Of a stretch of 64,000 nucleotides of DNA, positions 49,777 to 59,771 are shown piece by piece. A program made the position numbers and the translations under genes. Every line of letters begins with the position of its first letter. Position 1 is the stretch's first letter. The notes beneath the pieces are model-generated. The model saw nothing but the letters and a program-made list of their open reading frames with translations, was not told the origin of the DNA and did no database searches. The stretch comes from an uncultured bacterium. Its GTDB lineage: Bacteria > Patescibacteriota > Minisyncoccia > Phycocordibacterales > CAIRYW01. The stretch spans positions 464,606 to 528,605 of the forward strand of contig CAVYBO010000002.1 of NCBI GenBank assembly GCA_963766885.1, given 5' to 3'.

Positions 49777-52700
49777 TTACGGATTTATTGCTTGATCAGA
49801 TGTCGGTGTGCCGATAATAAACTTGTTCTGTACACAGATGTAGTATTGATTGTTCTCATTATTTGAGCCAGGATCTTCAGATACCGCTCCAGTTCTTACA
49901 GGTAACGCGTGAGACCCGCAATACAATATTCCTGTTGGTCTATCGCTTTGTGTACCGGCATATGTGCCTTCGCATTCATGATACTTTGGTGAAGTTACAG
50001 CAACTCCCCAAAGAGAAGCTTGAACACCTCTAGCATTAGTGTCCCCAGTTACGCTACCGTCAGCATGGCGTATCAGATTGCCAGTCAAGATACACCTTCC
50101 TCCTCCGACAATAGCCTGCAGAGGTGAACAGTTTTCACTGCCATCCGGATTAAATCCTGTAAGATACTGGCCGTCTGGACAAGTTTTTTCAGCTAATAAA
50201 GGATTAGCTGCTGGTGTAGGCAAAGAAGTACAAACTTCTTTTCCGCTAGAACTAAAGCCTGAAAGATAAGATCCTGCAGCGCAAGTTCCGAGTGATGATG
50301 CCAAAGACGCCACAGATTTACATGCAAGCTTTCCTGAAGCATCTGAACCCGAAGCGTATTGTCCAGCTGGGCAGCTTGATTCTTTAGGAGTATACACCGG
50401 TATTGATTTACAGATAGCCTGACCGTTAGATTCAATTCCTGAGACATACTGACCAGCAGGACAAGCGCTTGATCCTGATGGCAACACAATTCCTTTACAT
50501 ACCACTTTTCCTCCATCTCCCAGACCTGAAGCGTATTCTCCAGCAGGGCAAACATTTGAGGTTGGAAGAGCGAAAGTAGGAATAATTTTACAGATAGCCT
50601 GACCGTTAGATTCAATTCCTGAGACATACTGACCAGCAGGACAAGCGCTTGATCCTGATGGCAACACAATTCCTTTACATACCACTTTTCCTCCATCTCC
50701 CAGACCTGAAGCGTATTCTCCAGCAGGGCAAACATTTGAGGTTGGAAGAGCGAATCCTGCAGGAATAGTTTTGCAGACTGAAGCTCCGGTAGAACTAAAG
50801 CCTGAGAGATAATCTCCAGTTGGGCAAGTTCCGAGTGATGATAGAGATGATGGTATAGTTTTGCAGACTACATTACCCTTGGAATCTAGACCGTTAGCAA
50901 ATTCTCCGGCAGGACAGCTGTTACCTGATTGAAAGGTTACTACAAGAGACTGACAGACTACTTTTCCTCCATCTCCTAGACCGGTAGCATACTTTCCAGC
51001 AGGGCAAACATTTGAGGTTGGAAGAGCGAAAGTAGGAATAATTTTACAGATAGCCTGACCGTTAGATTCAATTCCTGAGACATACTGACCAGCAGGACAA
51101 GCGCTTGATCCTGATGGCAACACAATTCCTTTACATACCACTTTTCCTCCATCTCCCAGACCTGAAGCGTATTCTCCAGCAGGGCAAACATTTGAGGTTG
51201 GAAGAGCGAATCCTGCAGGAATAGTTTTGCAGACTGAAGCTCCGGTAGAACTAAAGCCTGAGAGATAATCTCCAGTTGGGCAAGTTCCGAGTGATGATAG
51301 AGATGATGGTATAGTTTTGCAGACTACATTACCCTTGGAATCTAGACCGTTAGCAAATTCTCCGGCAGGACAGCTGTTACCTGATTGAAAGGTTACTACA
51401 AGAGACTGACAGACTACTTTTCCTCCATCTCCTAGACCGGTAGCATACTTTCCAGCAGGGCAAACATTTGAGGTTGGAAGAGCGAAAGTAGGAATAATTT
51501 TACAGATAGCCTGACCGTTAGATTCAATTCCTGAGACATACTGACCAGCAGGACAAGCGCTTGATCCTGATGGCAACACAATTCCTTTACATACCACTTT
51601 TCCTCCATCTCCCAGACCTGAAGCGTATTCTCCAGCAGGGCAAACATTTGAGGTTGGAAGAGCGAATCCTGCAGGAATAGTTTTGCAGACTGAAGCTCCG
51701 GTAGAACTAAAGCCTGAGAGATAATCTCCAGTTGGGCAAGTTCCGAGTGATGATAGAGATGATGGTATAGTTTTGCAGACTACATTACCCTTGGAATCTA
51801 GACCGTTAGCAAATTCTCCGGCAGGACAGCTGTTACCTGATTGAAAGGTTACTACAAGAGACTGACAGACTACTTTTCCTCCATCTCCTAGACCGGTAGC
51901 ATACTTTCCAGCAGGGCAAACATTTGAGGTTGGAAGAGCGAAAGTAGGAATAATTTTACAGATAGCCTGACCGTTAGATTCAATTCCTGAGACATACTGA
52001 CCAGCAGGACAAGCGCTTGATCCTGATGGCAACACAATTCCTTTACATACCACTTTTCCTCCATCTCCCAGACCTGAAGCGTATTCTCCAGCAGGGCAAA
52101 CATTTGAGGTTGGAAGAGCGAAAGTAGGAATAATTTTACAGATAGCCTGACCGTTAGATTCAATTCCTGAGACATACTGACCAGCAGGACAAGCGCTTGA
52201 TCCTGATGGCAACACAATTCCTTTACATACCACTTTTCCTCCATCTCCCAGACCTGAAGCGTATTCTCCAGCAGGGCAAACATTTGAGGTTGGAAGAGCG
52301 AATCCTGCAGGAATAGTTTTGCAGACTGAAGCTCCGGTAGAACTAAAGCCTGAGAGATAATCTCCAGTTGGGCAAGTTCCGAGTGATGTGAGGACTGGTA
52401 AATTTCCGCAAACAGCTTCGCCATTAGAATGTATTCCTGTGACATATTGACCGGTAGGACAAACATTTGATGGAAGAGTTATGACTGGTAAAGTTTTACA
52501 TATCACTTTTCCTGAAGCATCTAAACCGTCGGCAAATTCGCCGATGATACAACTGTTCGGTGATGGAAGAGTTAGACTTGCGGGCAGAGTCTTACAAATT
52601 ACCCCTCCTGATGAATTTAGACCGTCGGCAAATTCTCCAATAGGACAGTTATTGGGTATCGGAAAATAGAATGGTTTTGAATTTATTATTAACTGCCCAG

Positions 52701-53235
52701 TGCCAGTATTTGCACCAGAGCCGCCTAAAGTTATACCGTTACCAGCGACAATTTTTATTACACCTGTATTTGAAACCTGAACTGTTGGAAAACCTGAATT
52801 ATTTATTGAAATACCCGTTCCGGCAGTAATTGCAGAAATTCCCGAAACAGGGCCAGTGGTGGCTACTTGAGACGGAAAAAAACAATTCTCTCCATTTTGA
52901 TCACAATATTTTTGCGCCCCAATAGACCCAGGAACTGCAAGATCAAGAATATCAAAAGCATTGGTGTTAGGTATGGTGCTTCCGCTAGACCATCCAAAAT
53001 AGCCAGGACCAAATGATCTTAGAACTGCTGCTGCAAAGCCGCCAACTTTTGTTTGTGAAGTCGCGCTAACGGTTATAGGAAGATCACAACCAACATCACC
53101 AGACGGACAGTTGGTTGGCGCTCCAGGAGCTCCTGTCCAAGCATATGCCGCAGAGCTAACTGCAAAAACTATGAACAAAGCAACCGTTAGGGTTTTGATT
53201 TGTGCACATACTCTTTTTTTTATTTCTTGTCGCAT
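49777..53235 (-). CDS. giant secreted Cys-rich tandem-repeat protein (about 25 copies of a CP.G.Y..G.....G...CK module)
   Basis: 1152 aa with a signal peptide (TLTVALFIVFAVSSAAYA). The repeat module is about 30 aa with 2 Cys. The higher-order repeat is 152 aa and its DNA copies are near-identical. Confidence 0.6.
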   Translation of the reverse strand: MRQEIKKRVCAQIKTLTVALFIVFAVSSAAYAWTGAPGAPTNCPSGDVGCDLPITVSATSQTKVGGFAAAVLRSFGPGYFGWSSGSTIPNTNAFDILDLAVPGSIGAQKYCDQNGENCFFPSQVATTGPVSGISAITAGTGISINNSGFPTVQVSNTGVIKIVAGNGITLGGSGANTGTGQLIINSKPFYFPIPNNCPIGEFADGLNSSGGVICKTLPASLTLPSPNSCIIGEFADGLDASGKVICKTLPVITLPSNVCPTGQYVTGIHSNGEAVCGNLPVLTSLGTCPTGDYLSGFSSTGASVCKTIPAGFALPTSNVCPAGEYASGLGDGGKVVCKGIVLPSGSSACPAGQYVSGIESNGQAICKIIPTFALPTSNVCPAGEYASGLGDGGKVVCKGIVLPSGSSACPAGQYVSGIESNGQAICKIIPTFALPTSNVCPAGKYATGLGDGGKVVCQSLVVTFQSGNSCPAGEFANGLDSKGNVVCKTIPSSLSSLGTCPTGDYLSGFSSTGASVCKTIPAGFALPTSNVCPAGEYASGLGDGGKVVCKGIVLPSGSSACPAGQYVSGIESNGQAICKIIPTFALPTSNVCPAGKYATGLGDGGKVVCQSLVVTFQSGNSCPAGEFANGLDSKGNVVCKTIPSSLSSLGTCPTGDYLSGFSSTGASVCKTIPAGFALPTSNVCPAGEYASGLGDGGKVVCKGIVLPSGSSACPAGQYVSGIESNGQAICKIIPTFALPTSNVCPAGKYATGLGDGGKVVCQSLVVTFQSGNSCPAGEFANGLDSKGNVVCKTIPSSLSSLGTCPTGDYLSGFSSTGASVCKTIPAGFALPTSNVCPAGEYASGLGDGGKVVCKGIVLPSGSSACPAGQYVSGIESNGQAICKIIPTFALPTSNVCPAGEYASGLGDGGKVVCKGIVLPSGSSACPAGQYVSGIESNGQAICKSIPVYTPKESSCPAGQYASGSDASGKLACKSVASLASSLGTCAAGSYLSGFSSSGKEVCTSLPTPAANPLLAEKTCPDGQYLTGFNPDGSENCSPLQAIVGGGRCILTGNLIRHADGSVTGDTNARGVQASLWGVAVTSPKYHECEGTYAGTQSDRPTGILYCGSHALPVRTGAVSEDPGSNNENNQYYICVQNKFIIGTPTSDQAINP
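50400..52330. repeat. near-perfect tandem DNA repeats (456-bp unit, made of a 180-bp A sub-unit and a 276-bp B sub-unit, about 4 copies) inside the giant gene
   Basis: Identical alternate-frame ORFs recur at 50976, 51432 and 51888, spaced exactly 456 bp apart. A 180-bp sub-repeat is duplicated at 50401/50581 and at 51961/52141. Confidence 0.85.
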
Positions 53236-53264
53236 TTTTTTAATTTATCGCTAATAATTTATTA

Positions 53265-53558
53265 TTAATATTGACTGGCATTTAAAGTATCTTTCAAAAT
53301 TTGAGCTTTTTGGGCATCGCTAATCTTGATTGAAGTGTTCTTCGTGGCTTGTATGGCATTATTCATTTGTTGTTCTGTAAGAGAACTGGTGGCTGTTTTG
53401 ACTTCATTTATTACTACTTCCATTTGTTGTTGCTTTTGGATCTGAATTTCTTTATTATTTTCGTTTTGCTGATAAATATTATACCCGAAATAACCCATAA
53501 AAATTATTACTATAGTGCATATTAAGATTGTTATATAAATAATTTTCGTGTTTTTCAT
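53265..53558 (-). CDS. small membrane-anchored Gln-rich protein
   Basis: 97 aa with an N-terminal TM helix (IIYITILICTIVIIFMGYFGY) and a Q/N-rich coiled-coil-like tail. Confidence 0.35.
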   Translation of the reverse strand: MKNTKIIYITILICTIVIIFMGYFGYNIYQQNENNKEIQIQKQQQMEVVINEVKTATSSLTEQQMNNAIQATKNTSIKISDAQKAQILKDTLNASQY

Positions 53559-53570
53559 TTCTGATAATAT

Positions 53571-55001
53571 TTAATTAGTTTCCGTAACGGTTCCGTTTGC
53601 ATAGCAAGTCGCAGGGTTTGATGTACTTTCTATAGTAGCTAAATCAGGTTTTTCTCCGCACTTAAGAATATATGTTTGTTCTGCTGAGTAAACACTAACT
53701 TTATGACTGGAAACCGAAGTTGCTGAAAATTGATATATAGGATTAAGAGTAGGACTGCCGCCATTATTACTAGAAACATATTGGGATAGCGTACACCAAG
53801 AATTAGAGTCGACTTTATTAAATATCCAACTTAGAGTGCACGTGCCGCCAACATCAACTGTCTTAGGATTTGCAGTAAGATTTTTTATTGATACACTGCC
53901 AGAATTAACATTACAGTTACTAGGAGTCTCTGAAGAAGCAGAAGATTCTGCTGTTCCATATGCATTTGATGCTGTAATTAAATAATTATATGCATTTCCC
54001 AAACTAACAGATGTGTCAATAAAAGGTGAAGTCTGGATGCCTAAATTCTTCCCATCAGATCTAGTTACACTGTAAGTTATAGGCTGATTTCCAGAAGAAG
54101 AATTAAAAGTCAAATACATAATCGGCGATGTCCCATAACATTGACCAACAGCAGTAACTAGCGGTACAGAGGGTCCGGTTCCGCCACCATTATTTGAACA
54201 TAAGTAATTAGGAGGTGGGATAGCACTACACACAGTGCCTGTTGAATCGTAGTATCCGGTATTTGTCATGCCACAATTATTTGGTGCAGAAATGCATGGA
54301 CACAAAGTATTTGAAGGTACTGCAGGCACGATAGGTGTACATATAGGATTAAAATTCGCATCGCAAGAATAATTTCCGGTAGTGCCTGTATTTGTCATAC
54401 CGCAAACGTTAGCTGGACTTGTGGATGTAGCGCTGCATACACCTTCGTACTGGCAAGTTTTAATTTGTGTAATGCCTGGGCCATATACAGCATAGTTTCC
54501 GGTATTGTTATCGTCTTTGCTATTAAAGCTCACCCATCCTATATAATCACCGCCCCAAGCAAAACCTTTAAATTGTTGGGTATTGGTAGCATCATATGTA
54601 ACACCATACTGACTCCCAGATAGGCTGACACAACCATTGGCTCCCGCGGTGAGAGCATCGGCAAAACCGGAAACAGCGCCTGTTGTAAGATTTACATTTG
54701 GCGTCAAACCGCAACTAGATTGGTTAAAACTGATCCAGCCAAGGCCATCACTCCAAGCGTAGCCAGAAAGCGCGCCTGTAGAAGTACTTAGATTTACTCC
54801 GTAACTGGGAGCACCAGATATGTCGCTAGAATTAAAACTTATCCATCCGATATTGTCAGACCAGGCAAAACCAGAAACATTATTATTAGGATTAGTTTGG
54901 GCTTTAAGAAGAGAAGGTGCAGCAAACAAAACAATAGTCAAAATAAATATTGTAAATATGAAGAGAGTGGATATTAAGTAAAACAGGCGACTTTGTTTCA
55001 T
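53571..55001 (-). CDS. secreted protein with four G[FY]AWSD.[IL]GW[IV]SFN repeats
   Basis: 476 aa with a signal/TM segment. A repeated motif of about 40 aa occurs four times. The rest is Ser/Thr/Asn/Gly-rich and contains many Cys. Confidence 0.45.
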   Translation of the reverse strand: MKQSRLFYLISTLFIFTIFILTIVLFAAPSLLKAQTNPNNNVSGFAWSDNIGWISFNSSDISGAPSYGVNLSTSTGALSGYAWSDGLGWISFNQSSCGLTPNVNLTTGAVSGFADALTAGANGCVSLSGSQYGVTYDATNTQQFKGFAWGGDYIGWVSFNSKDDNNTGNYAVYGPGITQIKTCQYEGVCSATSTSPANVCGMTNTGTTGNYSCDANFNPICTPIVPAVPSNTLCPCISAPNNCGMTNTGYYDSTGTVCSAIPPPNYLCSNNGGGTGPSVPLVTAVGQCYGTSPIMYLTFNSSSGNQPITYSVTRSDGKNLGIQTSPFIDTSVSLGNAYNYLITASNAYGTAESSASSETPSNCNVNSGSVSIKNLTANPKTVDVGGTCTLSWIFNKVDSNSWCTLSQYVSSNNGGSPTLNPIYQFSATSVSSHKVSVYSAEQTYILKCGEKPDLATIESTSNPATCYANGTVTETN

Positions 55002-55095
55002 TTTTTGATTGTCTACAATTGAATTGTAACATGGACAATTTTTTTATAACAAACAAATATGTTGATAAGTGAACCTTTAATATACTAATATTTTA

Positions 55096-57534
55096 CTAAC
55101 GGACCTCCTTAAAGCTTCCATTAGGATAGCAATTAGCATAAAGCGATGGATTTACTGGTGTTGTAATTGACGTATTTACAGAACCGTCAGAATTTATCGC
55201 ATATTGCACGCAAGAGAGCCTAAATCTAGTTTCTGAAGTCACTCCACTAATGGTTGTTATGCCACTATCGCTGCTTATTGAAGTCGGACTGAAGCCAGAA
55301 GTAGTGTCGTTATATATTGAACAGCTGTAATATGTAGGATCAAAATTAGAAAGCGACCAGGAGAGATCGCAACTGTTATTACTAGTGATTATTTTGGAAG
55401 AATCTATTACTTCAAAACTATCTACGGACAAAGGAGCTGCTGCGCAGGCAGGTGCAGTGTTGTCGTAAGAATAAGCCGTGGGAGACAAAGACCCATCACT
55501 TCCTTCAGCTTGAACCGCATAGTTGTAATATGTTCCCGAAATTACTGGCGTATCAGTTGCTGTATTACCATCATTGGACAAAGGAGAATAAACTGAACAA
55601 TTGGTATCTGTAGAAGTGCATTTTGAAAAATTGTAAGTTATTCCGAGACTTGCAGGCGGTACAGATACGACGATTGATGGATTCACTCCTCCCGCTCCAC
55701 AACTTTTTGATATTTGTATGCTTGGAGTTCCTACAGAACCAACATCAACCGGAGTACATTGGATATCTTGAGCATATGCGCCTGTATCATAATCATACAC
55801 ATAAAGCTCCATATTTTCAGTTCCGGTGGCGTCATATGTGTCAGTAACAGAAGAATCGTAGTAATCTGAATAACTTGATGGGTCATACCAATCGTAAAAG
55901 TAATCTCCACTGCCCCCTGTTATATTTGCATTCCATGTAACTTGTTCGCCAACTTCTGCAGAGGATGGATCTGGGGCGCAAGTGACTGAAAGAGGCGCTG
56001 GGTTTATGTATTCATCCGAACATTGTTCCCAAGGATTTGACGGGTCATAAGCTCCCACGACTGGTATCGGATTTCCATTTGAATCCAGTACTTGAAGCGA
56101 CATTGATTGGTAACCTCCAGAACCGTACGAGGTAGTTGTTGAATCTCCTCCGTTATAAGTTATATTTCCATTTGAATCACCCCAGTTATATGTAAAAGGT
56201 CCATTATTATCATTCACGCTTGCTGTCCAAGTCACAGGATCTCCAATTGAAGCAGGGTTTGGCGATGGCGAACAAGCAAATGACGGACAGCTGTCCGAAC
56301 TCTCCGCTTCCGCGGTATTAGAAAGAACAGATTCATTGCCGGAGTCATCTACACTTGATACCTGGAAATCAAGAGGTTGGTCTGTATTATAGCCATTGCC
56401 TTGATAGGTATATGTTGTTGTCGCAGAAACACTATCAATCTGAGAACCAAAAAGATAAATGTTATAGCTTGCAGCGCCGTCTACAGGGCTCCAACTCAAA
56501 TCTACATTACCTCCGCATTCTGGGTCAGTGGAAACTGTGAAGTCTTGGGGTACGGCACAAGTTTTAGAGCCTATTACACTTGATGACGGAGAAGAAAGTG
56601 GGGATTCCCCTCCATATGAAGTAATATCAGATACTTCATATGAAAAGCCTTCATGTGTTGTGTCCTGAGTTGAATTGCAAGTTGGATCGTATACCCAATT
56701 CCAATTATCATCGTATCCAAAGCAATCAGATAATCCGCTTACATCATCTGTGTAATCTATATTTCCATCACCATCAGCTGTAACGTTAAAATTATCAGCT
56801 ATTGATTCATAATTCCCTGTTGCATAATTCAATCTATAAACATTGTACCCTGTAGCCTTAGTAACTTGCTGCCAGGACAGATCAATGTTATCTCCGCATT
56901 CATTTGAAGTTTGGGCAGTAAGACCTTGAGGAGGTGCGGGGCAGGCATCTGAACTATCAGCTTCAGCGGTATTTGAAAGGGCAGATTCATAACCGGAACC
57001 ATCCACGCTTGAAACCTGGAAATCAAGAGGCTGATCTATATTAGAACCGCCACCATCCCACGTGTATGTAGTAGCTGGTGCAGATACGCTGTCAACCAGA
57101 AAGCCAAAGTAATAAATGTTGTAATAGGAAGCGCCAGCTACAGGATTCCAACTCAAATCAACATCTCCTCCGCAGGTTTGACTAGTAGTGACAGTCAGAT
57201 TTTGAGGAGTACAGTTAGTTGAAGACATAGCGGAAGTAGCGGAACTTAACGCTGTAGGATAATAGCCGCCGATAGTTTCATATCCATTATTATCAAAACT
57301 GATACCAGATTCAACAGCACCAACTTTGTAGTAATAAGTTGTATTTCCAAGAGGCGGAGTATCAGTAAAAGGGTACGTCTCACCATACCAACCAGTATAT
57401 CCGGTAGTTGTAGCAATCTGGACGAATGGTCCAGTTAGTAGAATTTGACCGGTAAATTTCATATGTGCCTTGATAAGGAATTTGACCCCAGCCAACATTG
57501 ACGCTTCCTTGGCAAGTGGCTCCGGTCCTGGCAA
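55096..57534 (-). CDS. large secreted protein with repeated FN3-like modules. It is probably the C-terminal part of one gene whose N-terminal part is the ORF 57380..58897.
   Basis: 812 aa. The repeated pattern C..(G)..VDLSW.PV.GA..YNIY occurs about four times. There is no signal peptide of its own. It overlaps the upstream ORF by 155 nt in another frame. Confidence 0.45.
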   Translation of the reverse strand: MPGPEPLAKEASMLAGVKFLIKAHMKFTGQILLTGPFVQIATTTGYTGWYGETYPFTDTPPLGNTTYYYKVGAVESGISFDNNGYETIGGYYPTALSSATSAMSSTNCTPQNLTVTTSQTCGGDVDLSWNPVAGASYYNIYYFGFLVDSVSAPATTYTWDGGGSNIDQPLDFQVSSVDGSGYESALSNTAEADSSDACPAPPQGLTAQTSNECGDNIDLSWQQVTKATGYNVYRLNYATGNYESIADNFNVTADGDGNIDYTDDVSGLSDCFGYDDNWNWVYDPTCNSTQDTTHEGFSYEVSDITSYGGESPLSSPSSSVIGSKTCAVPQDFTVSTDPECGGNVDLSWSPVDGAASYNIYLFGSQIDSVSATTTYTYQGNGYNTDQPLDFQVSSVDDSGNESVLSNTAEAESSDSCPSFACSPSPNPASIGDPVTWTASVNDNNGPFTYNWGDSNGNITYNGGDSTTTSYGSGGYQSMSLQVLDSNGNPIPVVGAYDPSNPWEQCSDEYINPAPLSVTCAPDPSSAEVGEQVTWNANITGGSGDYFYDWYDPSSYSDYYDSSVTDTYDATGTENMELYVYDYDTGAYAQDIQCTPVDVGSVGTPSIQISKSCGAGGVNPSIVVSVPPASLGITYNFSKCTSTDTNCSVYSPLSNDGNTATDTPVISGTYYNYAVQAEGSDGSLSPTAYSYDNTAPACAAAPLSVDSFEVIDSSKIITSNNSCDLSWSLSNFDPTYYSCSIYNDTTSGFSPTSISSDSGITTISGVTSETRFRLSCVQYAINSDGSVNTSITTPVNPSLYANCYPNGSFKEVR

Positions 57535-58897
57535 TCACATTTGCGGGCGCACAAGCGTTTGTAGAAGTTGTAGAGACAATATTTGAAAAAGTTTGGTTGT
57601 TCCCTCCTTCATTAATCGCGCCAATCATATAATATATTTTTTCGTTGTAACTATATTGTCGATTATCATTAAAGGAGGTTGTTGTTGCAGAAAATGGATA
57701 AAGATAAGGACCTGTAGTAGGAGTAATATTCGTCCAAGGTCCGTTTGAAGATTGGCTCCAATTTACCCAATACCCATCAGGATTATCAGTGGTAGAAGTT
57801 GCTGTAGGAGTGCTCCAACTCAAGGAAGCACCAAAGCCACCACAAGAACCCGCTGTGGTCGATTGAAGAACAGGAGCTGGCGCTGGACACTCACCAGAAT
57901 TTTCCCAATAACCTCCAGCATTAGCATATACGCCCGCGCCATTGATATTTATCGGCACTACATAGTAATTCCCACTATAACTGTAATTATACTGCTGAAT
58001 ATTAGGGTAAGGATTAGAAACAGTAACAACAGAATTGGGATCCGCCTTGACGTTATCAATATAACTTGTGGCAGAAGGACTTGTGGTACCAGCTAAGTAA
58101 TAATTACCGCTCTGATCGGTTTTCCAAATCTGCCATTCACTAATTACAGGAACTCCCGTCAATGGATGGAGTCCGTAAGGTCCATACCCACCTAGTGTAG
58201 TCCCAGGATAATTGCTTGGAGGAATATTCGTAGCCTGAATTGGACTGGTGCTTGCATTGAGACTTCCATAATAGCCTGGAGCATACTCAAAAACCTGAAC
58301 ATTTGTTGGCGGCGCAGTCCAACTTATCTGCTCTTTGTAACCGCACTCAGGAGCTGGTGCAACGGAAGTATTCTCAGGCGGCCATATCGGCTTACACACA
58401 GCCGAAGCCTGACTTAAGTTATATGAAGTACCAGCATAACTCTCCCAAAACTTAGTCGAATCATAAGTTATTGGTCCTGTCCCATAGGAATTTACAGGCT
58501 CTACATAAATAGTAAAATTTGTTTGATGGTAATCATTTCCAATATTCCCGTCAAAAGAATAATCGCCGCTGTCAGCTGCATTTCCCATTTGATAAGTTAC
58601 TAAATGCTGGCTACCGTTTTCTGGAACTTCTCCCAATAAGCCAGATGAGGAAGTATACGGATCAATATCACCGTTCTCATAAAAATCATAAGCCGTAGCG
58701 GTATCGCTATTTCCCCAAGCCAAATCTATGTACCCACCGCATTGAGGGTCTGGCTGAGTATAAAGCCAACTAACACCACTAGGAGGGTTATTTTGAGCCC
58801 AAACATGATTTGGAGAGAGAAAAGCGATTGTAAAAAGAAAAACTCCAAAAATAAATCCGTAGAAACTTTTTTTATTAAATAAAATTCTTTTTGACAT
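57380..58897 (-). CDS. secreted protein and probable N-terminal part of a frameshifted giant surface protein
   Basis: 505 aa with a signal peptide (FIFGVFLFTIAFLSPNHVWA). The C-terminal ...GTYEIYRSNSTNWT continues the FN3-like pattern seen in the next ORF. Confidence 0.45.
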   Translation of the reverse strand: MSKRILFNKKSFYGFIFGVFLFTIAFLSPNHVWAQNNPPSGVSWLYTQPDPQCGGYIDLAWGNSDTATAYDFYENGDIDPYTSSSGLLGEVPENGSQHLVTYQMGNAADSGDYSFDGNIGNDYHQTNFTIYVEPVNSYGTGPITYDSTKFWESYAGTSYNLSQASAVCKPIWPPENTSVAPAPECGYKEQISWTAPPTNVQVFEYAPGYYGSLNASTSPIQATNIPPSNYPGTTLGGYGPYGLHPLTGVPVISEWQIWKTDQSGNYYLAGTTSPSATSYIDNVKADPNSVVTVSNPYPNIQQYNYSYSGNYYVVPININGAGVYANAGGYWENSGECPAPAPVLQSTTAGSCGGFGASLSWSTPTATSTTDNPDGYWVNWSQSSNGPWTNITPTTGPYLYPFSATTTSFNDNRQYSYNEKIYYMIGAINEGGNNQTFSNIVSTTSTNACAPANVIARTGATCQGSVNVGWGQIPYQGTYEIYRSNSTNWTIRPDCYNYRIYWLVW

Positions 58898-58905
58898 TTA
58901 AATTA

Positions 58906-59718
58906 TTATTTCAACTGCATGCTGAGTAAGGTGTTTTTAAAAGTGCCTTGGAGGCTATTCCAATCAGCAGTATTGGCAGTTGCCGTAAAAATATAGAGCA
59001 TGTTATTTTTGATGGCGAAAAGATTATAGTTATGAAAGTGTTGTATTCCTTCTCCATCCGACTTATCGATTTTGAGAAATGCAGGCGCGTTGGCTGGAAA
59101 TTTGACTGTTGGTATGGATGAGTAATCCACATCAAATTCAGTATCGATCAGATACGCGGGCGTACCATCCTTGAGCGTTACCGGTCCGGCTTCCATTAAC
59201 TGATAGTTTTTGGCAAATGGTTTAAGGGCAACAGGAATAAAATCATTTTTCACAGAATTTGCATAATCAATTACCGAAAGAGTGCCTGTTGCATTGTTTG
59301 ATGCCGAAGGTTTTCCATCAATAACAACAGTCGGTAAAGTAATAATGGCAGGACGCACAAAAAGAGACATGGTGGGGATTGCGCTCTGAAATCCTGGCGG
59401 CGTATTTGCCGCTGTTGTTAAAACCAGAGGGAAACCGGAAACACCGCTTAGATCCGTTCGCCAATTCGCTGGAATATTAATGCTTAAATCCTTGTTTGGA
59501 CTTACAAATGTATGAGCAGGGATACTTAATCCAGATTTCAAATACTGACCAAAATATGCATAGCATCCGATTCCAATGATAAAAAGAGCTGATATGATTA
59601 CCGCCAACAATCTGGCAAGTTTTTTATTTTTCTTCATGAAATGATTATAACTTAAATTGAAACGCTTTCTCCTTTTTCTATTATGAATTTTATCAACTGG
59701 ATCTGAGGAAGATTTCAT
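58906..59718 (-). CDS. membrane-anchored hypothetical protein
   Basis: 270-aa ORF. The likely start is MKKNKKLARLLAVIISALFIIGIG (59637) with a single N-terminal TM helix. Confidence 0.4.
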   Translation of the reverse strand: MKSSSDPVDKIHNRKRRKRFNLSYNHFMKKNKKLARLLAVIISALFIIGIGCYAYFGQYLKSGLSIPAHTFVSPNKDLSINIPANWRTDLSGVSGFPLVLTTAANTPPGFQSAIPTMSLFVRPAIITLPTVVIDGKPSASNNATGTLSVIDYANSVKNDFIPVALKPFAKNYQLMEAGPVTLKDGTPAYLIDTEFDVDYSSIPTVKFPANAPAFLKIDKSDGEGIQHFHNYNLFAIKNNMLYIFTATANTADWNSLQGTFKNTLLSMQLK

Positions 59719-59771
59719 TATAAAATTATAACATTATGAATATAATAGTAATAGGTACCTAAATTTTTTTA

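Noticed and set aside
50193-52466. Alternate-frame ORFs (180, 71, 71 and 192 aa) with repeated MFALLENTLQVWEMEEKWYVKELCCHQDQ... inside the giant repeat gene
   Set aside because: They repeat only because the underlying 456-bp DNA unit repeats. The main frame, which has the signal peptide and Cys modules, is the gene.
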